Shown in pieces: positions 51,393 to 64,000 of a DNA stretch of 64,000 nucleotides (positions are counted from its first letter, which is position 1; the number at the start of each line of letters is the position of its first letter). Origin of the DNA: Octopus sinensis. Taxonomy: Eukaryota. The stretch covers positions 77,624,001 through 77,688,000 of the forward strand of contig NC_043002.1 of assembly GCF_006345805.1 (NCBI RefSeq), in the 5' to 3' direction. The notes below the pieces were generated by a model. It saw only the letters and a program-made list of their open reading frames with translations, was not told where the DNA came from and ran no database searches. The position numbers and the translations under genes were made by a program.

Positions 51393-52904
51393 GAAGCTTC
51401 CTTTCGCGTCAGTTCTGTCAATATGGTGATAACAGTGGAAACACAAGAGGCAGTAGGTGTTGATAATAATGGGATGCTGTTGTTGATGATGATGATGACA
51501 GCAATGACAATGATGATGATGATGATGATGCTGGTGGTGGTAAAATTAAACAAAATAAATTAAAAGTATGATTGCAATTTTCATCTCATATTCTATATCT
51601 TCTCTAATTGAGACGTTTATAAAAGTTGTCCTTCATTATAGCTTTTACATTTTTTTGTTACTTCTTTTCATTTATTTATTTAATTATTTATTTATATATT
51701 TTTGCAGACATTTCGTGCAGAGTTTTGAATGTCTCTAATAGGCATACGAAGAATATACTTAGGATTCTACTTTGAAGAAACTTACGCCAAATGCCTTCAA
51801 AAATATGTTTTCCCATCACCAAACGTCATCATCAATCATTACCATTGCTCCACCAACCAACACCAGCCCGCTGCCACTCTGTCATCATTATTGTCACTTC
51901 CATTACCACTACTAACAACAACAACAACAACAGCAATAACACCATCATAATAATAAGCATTCTTATTGTCATTGTAAACATCAACTTCATTATTGTCATC
52001 ATCATCATCACCTTTTTGACCACCACTACCATCATCTTAATCATTTTCTTTGTCATTACCATCATCACCATCATCATCATCATTTTCAGGCTCACCATTA
52101 TCATTACTGTCATACTGTCACTACAACTACTGCCACCATCACTACCATCATCATCATCATAATCATCACCGCTACCATCACCACCACCACCACACCCACC
52201 ACCATCATCACCGCTACTACCACGACCACTGTCATCCTTATCACTTTCATTGTTATTGTCATTATCATCATCATCATCATTATCCTCAACATCCTCATCA
52301 CTGTCACCACTTATCATCATTGTCATCTTCACTAACATCATCATCATCATCATCATCATTTTCATGCCCATCACTATTATCATTTATATCACCACTACCA
52401 CCACCACCACCACCACCACCATAACCACTTACATTGTCATTGCTATTATCATCATCATCATCATCACCATCATTATCATTGTCATCATCATTTAGTTTTA
52501 AAGTCCATTTAAAGCTGTTAGCATTTGTTGAACAAGTCTACTTAACAGACTCTCTCCATTTTTACATATTTCCAAACCAATCTATCCTTTCCTCTTTTTT
52601 TCTTTTTTTATTCTTTCCTCCGTTTGTCATTTCATATTAATTTTTTTTTATTTATTTATCTCTTCTTTTTTTTTTCTGTTACATCCATTTTCAGCTTACT
52701 GCTTCCTGCTTCAGATTATTTCAGATTGCAATATCTTCTTCCATACAGTTTCGCAGGTGTCAGCATGACTCTTCCTATAGCGCAAAAATGTCTGACACAC
52801 ACACGCACACACACACACATATACACGCTATACAGTCATACACACACATATACTCACTACAGATTCACTCATATACAAACACTCAGACAAATACAAATGC
52901 ATAT

Positions 52905-53079
52905 ATATACATTAATATATATATATATACATTATAATACATATATATACATAATATATATATATACATATATATATATATACATATATATTATATATAA
53001 TATAATATATAGATATAAATATCTATAATATATATATATATATATATATAATATATATATATATATTATATAATATTAT

Positions 53080-53117
<38 letters not shown>

Positions 53118-53131
53118 TATATATATAAGAA

Positions 53132-53174
<43 letters not shown>

Positions 53175-53222
53175 ATATATATCTATATAATATTATTATG
53201 TATATATATATATATATATTAT

Positions 53223-53300
<78 letters not shown>

Positions 53301-53392
53301 CTATATCTATATATATATCTAAATTATATATATCTATATATATAATATATATATATTATATAATATATTATATATATATATATATATATAAT
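52905..53392. repeat. About 490-bp imperfect (TA)n tract
   Basis: Nearly pure A/T with many single-base phase shifts. Confidence 0.95.
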
Positions 53393-53868
53393 GATATGTG
53401 TGTGTATCTTCTTTCAATTCTTTAAGATCTGAAGAATATTAAAAGAACAATGACTCCAATTATTTGCTTATAGCCAGACTTGTTTATTCTTATAAATGTC
53501 ACAAATAAATCAACAAGATTCCTGTTGTATATTTTTAATCATTTTTTTTTTTTCTTTTTTCTTCCCAGCTATTTTTTTTCGGTCCTCCAGTGACCATCTT
53601 TTAGATAGTGAATGTCTCTGGAGTTGTTATACATAGACAGAAAAGAATTGTATTTATTTATTCATTTATTTATTTGTAATTGTATTTCTATTTTTAATGT
53701 TTGTTTATTTAGCTTAGTATGTATGTATATGTTTTTCCTCTCTCTTTTGTAAATTAATAGTTTTGTTAATGTAAATGAAACGTCTGTCTTTTTCTGAATT
53801 CCCATTTTCGTTTTTAGTAAAAATAACAAAAAATAAAAGCTTACCATATATATATGTATGTATGTATG

Positions 53869-53938
<70 letters not shown>

Positions 53939-53956
53939 ATATATATATATATACAC

Positions 53957-54038
<82 letters not shown>

Positions 54039-54792
54039 CATATATATACTTACATTTATATAGTATAAATGATTGTATGTCAGTTTGTGTGTGTGTGTGT
54101 GTAAGCATGTGTATGGATATAAATATATATATATATATATAATACATAATTATGGTTTATTGTTTTTGTGGAGAAATTATGTTTAATGTAAAAATTGATA
54201 GAAACTTTATCCCAGTAGAGACATATTTATATGTATAAGTAAAAATATACAAATGTACGCATAAATATACAAGTGTATACATACATGCAAATACACTGCA
54301 TACATAATAAATTGACCAAGCTATTAGAGCATCAAAACAATGCCTTGCAGAACTCTTTCTGACTCTCTGTTCTGAGATCAAATCCTACTGAAGTCAGCTT
54401 TGCATTTCATCTTTTTTATGGCGATAAAACAGTACCAATCCAGGAAGATGGATTTATGAAACTATAAGAATGTTAAACCAAATGCTTAGTAATATTTAAT
54501 CCAGCTCTCTGCATTCTGAGTAAAATTCTATCTAGGAGCCTGAAAAGCTCTTTCAGCATTCTTCGTGCTTGGCGTAGTGAGTTAAGTCAAATCTTCAAAA
54601 CAAAAACCTGCCCCAAATATGTGGTACTGGGCAAAGCTGAAAGAGAGGTTCCTCCAGTTGAAATGGAATGTACCTCAGTGAATGTTCTGGATAACAACCT
54701 GAGAAAAACGAACACAATACATGATATAATGTATGTTTCACTTTGCTGGTGCTCAGTATGTCATGCCGAGCAATTTCAACTCAGTGATATTT

Positions 54793-57250
54793 TTATAACA
54801 TGGTTTCTGTATATGTCACTTTAGTATGGGTAGGAATTCCTTTCTTCAACCCCAAAATTGATAATAATGGTCAGCGATTAATCTGTAGCTGAAAACTTCT
54901 ACCATGCAAAATCTGTGAAATTTCTTCATGGCAAAAATGATCGGTAGAGCTTCTTTCCCTGTTTGACTATAGTTTCTCACTGCTACTATCAGAGAACATG
55001 AGCCGTGAACCACTATCTTCATATTACCATCTTTGTATTTGTGTAGCATTACTGCTCTTATGCCATATTCTGAAGTGTCAGAAGCTACAGCAATCTCCAC
55101 TGCAGGATTGAAATGAATCAGCAACAAATCTGATACTAACATTTCTTTAATATCATCAAATACCTTTTGACAATTATTTGACCAATTCCATTTTACATCC
55201 TTTTTTAGCAAATTATTTAGTGGAGTTCTCAATTCATGCATTTTCGGTATATATAATTTTGATAATTCGCTAGACCTAGAAAAGCTTGTAAGGTCATTAT
55301 ATTAGTTGGAGGGGTCTGGTCATCATCCATTCCTGTCGATAATTTGTCCTAAATACTTAATTTTAGGTAAGAAAAATTCATATCTTTCTTCTCTCAGTGT
55401 GAAACAGTAATCTCTTATTTTTCAAAACACATTTTACATGCTCAACATGCTGATCACAAGATTCACTTTTAATTAATATATTATCCAGGTATGGAATTGC
55501 AAATTCACAGTCGGTTAACATTGCATTCATAACCTGTTGAATAATTGCAGATGTAAAATTTAAACCAAATGGTAATTTGTTATATTTATATAGTCTTTTA
55601 TGTGTATTCACTGTTAAGTATTTTGAACATCCCTCGTCTACTCTAATTTGTAGGAATGCATCGGAGAGATCCAGTTTCAAAAATATCTTGCCCCTGTTTA
55701 ACTTTGCAAAAATATCCTCCGGAGTAGGTAGCAGGTAATGACACATTTTCAGACATTCATTCAAGCCAGTGGAAAAATCAGCACACACCCTGATTTTGTT
55801 ATTCGTTTTTTTAATACACACCATTGCCCATTTTGCATGTTCTACTTTTTGGATGACTCCAATTTCTTCTAATCTGTCTAATTCTCCATTGACATGTTTT
55901 ATTGCAGCAAAAGATACCATTCTTTTTGGTTTGAACACTGGTATTGCATGTTCCTTAATTTGGAAACACATCTCAGTTTTAGTACATAAATCTAATTCAT
56001 CCAACAATGCTTCAGGAAAAGCACTTTTTAAATTTTTTCTTCAATTCATCTGTTTTATTCTTACTGGAGGAACAATTATTTATGTTTTTACAGAACAGAT
56101 TTATGGGGAGATCCCATAAATCAAGCAACTACATCCAGTCAGTAATGAACAAGTTAGTTGCATTTTTTAACACAAACACTTTTGCTTTACAGGTTTTACC
56201 ACAAAATGTAAGTTCACTTACCATTTTGCCTAAGAAGTGTAATCTTTCACCTGTGATGCCTCGCACACTTTTTGGTGTTTTCTTTAATGTAGGTTTCCTC
56301 ATTTTGCTCCATTTATCGGTATCAATAAATGCCACAAAGATGAGGCATTTAAATACATCTGGAGATAATTCCTTCAGCTTAAATTTTTTGCACATTTTAT
56401 TTACAATTCCAGCATAACTGACAAAATCTTTGTCCTCATTTTTTACTAAATTCAAACATTCCCAGCGAATGTTGAACAGGGAACTCTTGTCGCTGAACAT
56501 TTAGGATAGCAACTCAATTGTTTCCTCAAAACTAATTTCACTTGTTTTTTTTAGACAAGATAAAATTGCAGTATTTTTCATGCTCTAAAGGACCTAGTTT
56601 CCATAAAAGTAGTCTCACTTTTTCATCATGTCCAACACTTGCATTCTTCCTTGAAGATTTCTTCGTATCTTCTGAAGTACACTGAAAAAAGTTATACCTT
56701 CTTCTGAGCTATAACTAAATTCTGTTATAGCATTCGCTACGCTGTCTGGCAAAAACATACTTGCAGTGTTTCCCAACTTCAATATTAGTTCCAGCAACTG
56801 ATTGTTTTGTAGTTGTTGTAGCAGCCACTGTTGCTGTTGCTTTTGCAACTGTAATATGTCTTCCATAATTAACAAATATTTTATATCATAAAAAATTGTT
56901 AATGATTAATGTAAGCTTCAAATCACATGTCACCACTTATAACGTGGTTTCTGTATATGTCACCTTAGCGTCATGCACCAATGCAGTGTGATACATTGTA
57001 CCACAGGACAAAGTAGACACCAACTGTCTCCACTTAGTATCTTCCCAAATACTCTGCCAACAACTGTAACCAAGCCAAAACAACTCTCAACAAACTATAA
57101 CAACTCGATAATTTCCTGCCACTCCACAGACTCACAAATGACACCTTTCGACTTTCTGCAATTTCTCATCTCTCACTTTCAGTCAAACACACTGCTACCT
57201 ATATAAGTTCAGCTAGTCCATTCTCCTGCCATAACATCTCCCCTTTTTAG
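54793..57250 (-). mobile_element. Decayed Gypsy/Ty3 LTR retrotransposon (Mag/K02A2.6-like): LTR, gag, protease, RT and RNase H; integrase deleted
   Basis: gag (QQQQ...AITEFSYSSEEGITF; LFNIRWECLNLVK), RT (PVFKPKR...IRVCADFSTGLN...KLDLSDAFLQI...KLPFG...YLDNILI) and RNase H (VASDTSEYGI...NYSQTGKEAL) are on the minus strand with frameshifts. LTR at 57236-56937, PBS-like GTGGTGAC after it. The last 32 bp of a second LTR lie at 54824-54793. Confidence 0.93.
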
Positions 57251-57815
57251 ATTTGACTTCTGTAGGAAGTGCAACTTGATTATTTAATTTTATTCTGTTT
57301 TTTCCGTCATCACCTATCTCTTTTTTGAGATTTTAATTTCCTCAGAAGTTTTAATACTTCTTTTGCTCAGGGAATATTTCCAGTGAAGGAATTGTATTGA
57401 ATTGTATTGATAAGAGACTAGTTGAGTTGATTCTCATTGGTTGGAAGCAGTCAAGTGGCAGGTTGTCTCACACATCCAAGCAAATTTTGTTTGCTACTGC
57501 AGCTACTCTGTAGAAGAGAGCACAATATACATATACATATAATAAAATAAATGTGCCCTTTTAAAGTCTAGCCAGGCTCATGGGCCTAGTTTCCCAGTTT
57601 CTATGGCATATGTGTTCCCCAGCTGAATGGGACACCAGTCCATCGCAGCGTTACTCATTTTTGCCAGCTGAGTGGACTGGAGTAACATGAAATGAAGTGT
57701 TTTGCTCAAGAACACAACGCGTCACCCAGTCCAGGAATTGAAACCACAATCTTACGATCATGGTGCTGACACCCTAACACTAAACCACGCACCTCCACAC
57801 ACACACACACACACA

Positions 57816-57890
<75 letters not shown>

Positions 57891-58709
57891 AGTCCTGTGA
57901 CAAGAAAGGTGTGATTAGGCCTATTTTTCCCAGTTGAGGATGGCTATAGGATATTCCCTGCCCAGTCAGTACGGAGGATGTTTATAGCCATTGGAATAAG
58001 AGGAAAGAGGAAAGGGTGCTGTGCACAGAATGGGAGAGGCAGCAGAAAAATCCTCTTGCTGGTTATGGAGCAAGATAGAGGAATTAGGCTGGAAGCAAGG
58101 AGGAGAAGATGAGCAGTGAGTTGGCTATTACTGCTGACCCACCAACCGAAGGGTGTTTGGTTAAGGGTCAAAACATCTGATGACCGTTGGATGCCATCTG
58201 ATATCAGTTCCTTCTGGCAAAACTCCATTCACTTTGGTGAGTGGAAAAGAAACATCTTCTAGATGTTATCAATAACATATATATGTGGTTAAGAAGCTTG
58301 ATTGGCAACCAAGTGGTTTGGGGTTTGGCCTCAATGTACAAAACCTTGGGCAAGTGTTTTGTGCTATAATCCCAAGTCAACCAATGCCTTGTGAGCGAAT
58401 CTGGTAAATGGAAACTGTGTGGAACCCCATCATATACACATATATATATGCATGTGTGTATGTGTGTATACATGTGTGAGTATGCATATGTGAGTGTGTG
58501 CATGTGTGTGTGTGTATGTGTGTATCTGTTTCTTTCTGTTTATGTTTTGGTCCCTCCCTCTTAATACTTGACAACTAGTGTTGGTTTGTTTATGTCCCTC
58601 ATTACTTAACAGTTTGGTGAAAGAGTCTGATACAATAAGTTCAATAACTGAAACAAAATGCACACACACATACTTCATACATGCATACACACATACATAC
58701 AAACATATA

Positions 58710-59092
58710 TATAGGAGTGGCTGTGTGGTAAGTAGCTTGCTTACCAACCACACGGATCCAGGTTCAGTCCCACTGCATGGCACCTCAGGCAAGTGTCTTC
58801 TACTGTAGCCTCAGGCCAACCAACGCCTTATGAGTGGATTTGGTAGATGGAAACTGAAAGAAGCCCATCATATATATGTGTGTGTGTGTTTATGTTCTGT
58901 GTTTGTCCCCACCACCATCACTTGACAACTGATGCTTGTGTGTCTATGTCCCTGTAACTTAGTAGTTTGGCAAAAGAAACCGATAGAATAAGTTCTAGGC
59001 TTACAAAGAATAAGTACTGGGGGTCGATTTGTTTGACTAAAGGTGGTCCCCCAGCATGGCCACAGTCAAATGACTGAAACAAATAAAAGAAT
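58710..59092 (+). mobile_element. tRNA-derived SINE (family A), near full length
   Basis: GGAGTGGCTGTGTGGTAAGTAGC...CAGCATGGCCACAGTCAAATGACTGAAACAAATAAAAGA. Confidence 0.88.
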
Positions 59093-59153
59093 ATATATAT
59101 ATATACATACACATATATATACATACATACATATATATATATATATATGTGGT

Positions 59154-59217
<64 letters not shown>

Positions 59218-59259
59218 ATATACAGATATATATATATATATGTATGTATGTATATATAC

Positions 59260-59304
<45 letters not shown>

Positions 59305-59391
59305 TATTAGAGACAAAACCACTATTTTGCAAAACAAACAAGGAAAGACTTAATCAATACATAAAATTTTAATAAATAGTCAAAAAAACCG

Positions 59392-59434
59392 CCACTACAA
59401 TTGTTTCTTGTCTTGATCGACAATCTTCAGGTGG
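59392..59434 (-). ncRNA. Minimal type I hammerhead motif (left arm)
   Basis: Exact reverse complement of 59481-59523. Confidence 0.8.
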
Positions 59435-59480
59435 ACTTCCAATAAGTCAGTTTCAAATTTGAAACTGACTTATTGGAAGT

Positions 59481-59523
59481 CCACCTGAAGATTGTCGATC
59501 AAGACAAGAAACAATTGTAGTGG
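59481..59523 (+). ncRNA. Minimal type I hammerhead motif (right arm)
   Basis: CCAC-CTGAAGA-TTGTC gatcaa GACAA-GAAAC-AATT-GTA-GTGG. Intact core (N7=A), 5-bp helix II, palindromic helix III ACAATTGT, GUA triplet, helix I CCAC/GTGG. Confidence 0.82.
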
Positions 59524-60284
59524 CGGTTTTTTTTGACTATTTATTAAAATTTTATGTATTGATTAAGTCTTTCCTTGTTGTTTTGCAAAATAGTGGTTTT
59601 GTCTCTAATAATATTTTATAATATTTTACTATAAAATTGGATTTAATCCTAAATCTGATTTTTTCCCTGTAAATTTGGATTTATTCCCTAATATTTATTA
59701 TTATATATATATATATATATGTATGTATATACAGATATATATATATATGTATGTATATATATACAATATATATATATATATATACATACACACACACACA
59801 CACATATAAAGAGAGAGAGAGAGAGAGAGAGAGTGACAGGCATGCACATACACACATTACATGTTATATAATGAATGTTTAGCTTTTTAGCTTGTGCAAA
59901 CCATTTGGAGTCAGACTACGATGTTGGAGTCTAGTTACTGTGTGCATTGTGTTAATGTTTGTGTGTGTGTATACGTCTGAATTAGTAAGTTGGTTTGAGA
60001 CTATTCTACACTGATTATAACCTGATAAGAATGGCTGCTATGTGACAAGGAAGAGAAAGATGTGTACAGATGGTGTTTAGAATCTTTCCCACCATCATGT
60101 TTTTGATTTCTTTGCTTCTTTGTATGTCTCTGTCTCTATCTCTGTGTGCATTCTGCTGCGTTGTGTTTTTAAAGGTGCGTGTGCGATCCCAGTTACTTTA
60201 CACTGCATTAACAACAACAAAAAGCATTTAAATAAATTAACCTCCTGGAAAAAGAGACTTTAAATTCTCTTTGCTCTTACTTAC

Positions 60285-60299
60285 AATAGACATGACAAT
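60285..60299 (-). other. Candidate 15-nt micro-exon
   Basis: ttttattcagttttcag|ATTGTCATGTCTATT|gtaagt. Frame-preserving length. Confidence 0.22.
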
Positions 60300-60856
60300 C
60301 TGAAAACTGAATAAAATTTTAAAAAAGATGGAAGCCATTAACACTCATTATATAATTAAACTCATTTTCTATTTTAAGTTATTCACCTATGTAATGATGC
60401 TAGGTTTTCTTTACAGTATCATATAAGAGAGAATGTCTGTTTGTGTTGTTCACTTGTTTTTCTTTTCTGGATTCATTCTTCGCTTATCTTTCTTCCTGTC
60501 AAATTAGACACATCAAATTGATCCCATTATCCTGATGAAAATCGATTAAAGCAGGGAATAGGTTCTTTATGATGAAATTCTCACAACCTTTAAGTGGTAA
60601 CTAGGGAATTTAGAAGTGGGGAGATAAGATAACAGAGCTTGTCTACTACTTCAGATAAAAAATGTAATTTTAATTTAATTTTTATGAAATAAAGGAAATT
60701 TTGAAGAAAGCATGTCTGCTTCTGGACCTAGCTTATAATGACTGTAATAGGATCTCAGAGATATTTTACTGAAATTTTTCAATGGTCTTCTTAAGGGATA
60801 TAATATTGGTGAACTTCATATCAAAGAAACTGTGATTTAACCCTTCCATATACATA

Positions 60857-61072
60857 TGAGGGGGAGCTGAAAAGTTCCTGGCTTTGAGTAAAAGAAAATA
60901 CAGGAGGATCAGTTAATTATGATTTTATTCAACATATTCCTTTCTCGGATTCACACACTTTTGCAGCAGTCCTTCAGTTTTCCTAAGTCCTGTAAAAGAA
61001 CTCAGAAGGATGGGCCTCCAACCAGGACTTTTGTGATACCCTTAAAGCCAGAAACTTTTCAGCACCCCATCA
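60857..61072. mobile_element. mariner-type MITE
   Basis: TA|TGAGGGGGAGCTGAAAAGTTCCTGGCTTT ... AAAGCCAGAAACTTTTCAGCACCCCATCA|TA. Confidence 0.85.
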
Positions 61073-62700
61073 TATTTCCAATGAAATACACCGCTCGTGT
61101 CTCTCGGTTAATTTTGAAAATAATCAATAATTCAGATGGATTTAGTAAGATTGCTAACTTTTTCGTTTATTGGTATATCAAGCTGATGTTTTGAAATTAA
61201 CCTAAAAATAGTTTCTTACATAAAATTATGTTGGAATGCTTTGCTTTTTTCTTTTTACTGTAAATTTGAAAACTATAAAAACCTGAGGTCTTGTATCATA
61301 AACCAATAGTAATATCAGGTTGGCTTGTATCAAAGGAGTTAACCAAAGTAACAAAACAAAGATGTATGAATAACTGAGTTGAAAGGTTTCCACAGACATC
61401 ATCGTGTGGTAGTGTGTTATGTCTATGGAAGCATCCTTAGCTCTTCACTGCCAAATCAACCTAGCTCTAAGATGTTTAACTCACTATCAACCGTGACTGA
61501 AACAACCTACAGTCAAAGACATTCCTATGATGACCAATTCATTTGTTTTTCAAACATAACATATGCACAGATGTGGTTGTATGGTAAGAAGTTTGCTTGC
61601 CAACCACATGGTTCCATGTTCAGTCCCACTGCATGGCACCATGGGTAAACATCTAATATAGCCTCAGGCCAACCAAAGCCTTGTGAGTAGATCTGGTAGA
61701 CAGAAACTGTAAGAAGCCTATCTTATATATACCTATGTGTGTGTGTGTCTTTGAGTCTGTGTCTGTCTCCTATGACTACTTGACAACCGGTCTTGGTGTG
61801 TTTACATCCCTGTAACTTAGCAGTTCAATGAAAAGAGACCAATAGAATATATACCAAGCTTAAAAAAATAAGTGGGGTCAATTCATTCAAGGTGGTGCCC
61901 CAGTTTCTTAACTGAAACAAATGAAAGATAGAAGAGAAAAGATGACATTTATTTCTCAATACAGTAGTGAGAAAAGTTTGTTTCCCAACCACATGGTTTC
62001 AGGTTCAGTCCCACTGCATGGGATCTTGGGCAAGTGTCTTCTACTATAGCCATGAACTTACCAAAGACTTCTGAATGAATTTGGTAGATGGAAACTGAAA
62101 GAAGTCCATCATATATTCCTTCCCCTCCCTTCCACCTCTCTCTTACCAAGGTATCTCCTTTAATGTAAGGCACCTATTTCTGTCTCCCTATTCATACCCT
62201 AACCTTTCATCACCTGACACAATGCCACCTCCCTCAATACTACTCCCCTCTCGCAGCACACTCTATAAAATGGTTGGTGTTAGAAAGGGCAACCAACCAT
62301 AGGAATTACACCAAAACCGACAATCAAGCTTTTGACTTGCCAGCTCCAGTCAAACCATCCAACCCATATCAGCATGGAAAACGGACTTTAAATGATAATG
62401 GTGGTGGTGGTGGTGGTGAAGATAATTATGATGATGATGATGTATGTATGTATGTATGAGTGGATGAATATTTGTGTCTCCTTGTCTTGACATTACATGA
62501 TTGCTGTTAACGATATCATTCATTTCCAACATTCTACTAAAACAGGCCTGGCCTTGCTAGGAAACAAATAAGAGTTAGCAACGATGATGATGATGATGAT
62601 GATTACTTCTCGTAGGTTGAATGCCATCATAGAGACTTTCTTGTCAGCTCTCTTAACTCTAAGTAGGTACAATAGGGGCTACATATTTATATGTATGTGT

Positions 62701-62733
<33 letters not shown>

Positions 62734-62737
62734 ATAT

Positions 62738-62783
<46 letters not shown>

Positions 62784-62788
<5 letters not shown>

Positions 62789-63970
62789 TCCACTGGATGT
62801 GTAATGTCAGTATGCATACATGACAGAGTGTAAGCACCCTGAGAGAAAAGTTGGACATAAGAAGCATCAGATGTAGTGTGCAAGAGAAATGACTGTGTTG
62901 GTATGCTCATGTGCTATGTATGGATGAGGACAGCTGTGTAAAAAAGTGTCACACCCTAGCAGTAGAGGGAACCTGTGGAAGAGGTAGACCCAGGAAGACC
63001 TGGAATGAGGTGGTGAAGTATGACTTTCGAATGTTGGGCCTCACCAAGGCGATGACAAGTGACCAAGACCTTTGGAGAGATGTTGTGCTCAAGAAGACCC
63101 AGCAAGCCAAGTAAGACCGTAACTGTAGCATTTGCCAGTGCAACATAACTGGCCCATTTAAGAGTACCCTTCAATCATTGAGCAATAAACTGTGCTTGTG
63201 AAGATCTGTTGAGACAAGTGCAGTCATTGTCATGGCCAATGACAGTACCACCTGATTGGTACTCATGCTGGTGGCATGTAAAAAGCACTATTTGAGCGTG
63301 GTTGTTGCCAGAGAAGCCTTACTGGCTCCTATGTCATCTCTCTCTATATAAACGGCAGTTTGTCTGTGCGTGTTTCTGTGTGTCTGTTTGCTTGTACCCT
63401 CACCCTGACCACGGCTTTCAACCGATTCTGATGAAACTTGACACACACATAGCCCAATGTCATAATTCAAAACTAACGCAGCGAAAATTTTGAAAAGTTC
63501 CCCCAGTTCTGAAAAAAATCGATAAATTCGACATGGGGTCCAGAATCAGAAACACAAACTGTCTAGGGGACGCAACTCCACCTTTTTTAACTAAAAAAAA
63601 AAATTTACCATCATTTTTTCCCATTTTTTTGCTATTTTTTGGCTATAACTCTCTAAAAATGCTTTATAGTTATTTCCCTTACAAACCTGAGCAACGCCGG
63701 GCGATACTGCTAGTTGGTATATAAAAAACACCATTCAAGCATAGTCGAAGCCAGTACCACCTGACTGGCCCTCATGCCAGTGGCTCGTAAAAAGCACCCA
63801 CTACATTCTCAGGGTGAGTGGCATTAGGAAGCACATCCAGCTGTAGAAACTTTGCCAGATGAGATTGGAGCCTGGTGCAGCCTTCTGGCTTGCCAGTCCT
63901 CAGTCAAACCATCCAACCCATGCTAGCATTGTAAGCAGACGTTAAACGACAATGATGATGATGATGATGA
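62784..63970 (+). mobile_element. 5'-truncated RTE LINE: ORF2 C-terminus, 3' UTR and (GAT)n tail
   Basis: MLHWMCNVS...LREKLDIRSIRC...WYAHV...VEGTCGRGRPRKTWNEVV...WRDVV. The tail is GCAGACGTTAAACGACAATGATGATG. Confidence 0.9.
63337..63713 (+). mobile_element. Non-autonomous Helitron (377 bp) inserted in the RTE 3' UTR
   Basis: A|TCTCTCTCTATATAAAC ... CCTGAGCAACGCCGGGCGATACTGCTAG|T. 5' TC, subterminal hairpin, 3' CTAG, A/T junction with no TSD. The host repeat rejoins across the site. Confidence 0.9.
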
Positions 63971-64000
63971 TGAAATATATATATATATATATATATATAG

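Larger units (their letters stand above)
59295..59620. repeat. Spacer-less 326-bp palindrome (163-bp arms) of a Penelope-like pLTR, each arm carrying a hammerhead
   Basis: Centre TTTCAAA|TTTGAAA (59457/59458). The arms differ only by two 1-nt homopolymer indels. The right copy continues to about 59700. (TA)n lies on both sides. Confidence 0.97.

Noticed and set aside
55378-56007. Functional or domesticated reverse transcriptase
   Set aside because: The catalytic YLDD reads YLDN, the flanking frames are shifted, the integrase is deleted, and LTR remnants remain.
60751-60840. Short + frame DLRDILLKFFNGLLKGYNIGELHIKETVI*
   Set aside because: It looks protein-like, but the acceptor is weak, there is no start, and no homology or partner exon was recognised.

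Overview
This is AT-rich eukaryotic genomic DNA, saturated with repeats. The SINE, RTE and microsatellite content suggests a coleoid cephalopod, probably an octopus (inference). Most of the window is (TA)n, (CA)n, (TATG)n, (GATA)n and mosaic trinucleotide tracts, tRNA-derived SINEs of at least three families, and decayed transposons (maT/rosa-type Tc1-mariner, pogo-type MITEs, hAT, piggyBac, Helitron, RTE, CR1-like, R4/Dong-like, and a Gypsy LTR element). I cannot confidently call any host protein-coding gene; almost all ORF-track entries are microsatellite translations. A few minus-strand exon candidates exist, including a signal-peptide-like exon. The structure the ORF track does not show is a set of eight minimal type I hammerhead ribozyme (HHR) motifs (seven recognisable, one decayed) from five sequence families, all in Penelope-like pseudo-LTR (pLTR) remnants. 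Two pairs sit in near-perfect DNA palindromes. One HHR lies downstream of a tRNA-derived Pol III promoter in what looks like a single inserted, SINE-like ribozyme element (16092-16410). No CRISPR array or prokaryotic system is present. All calls were made by eye, without alignment or folding software.
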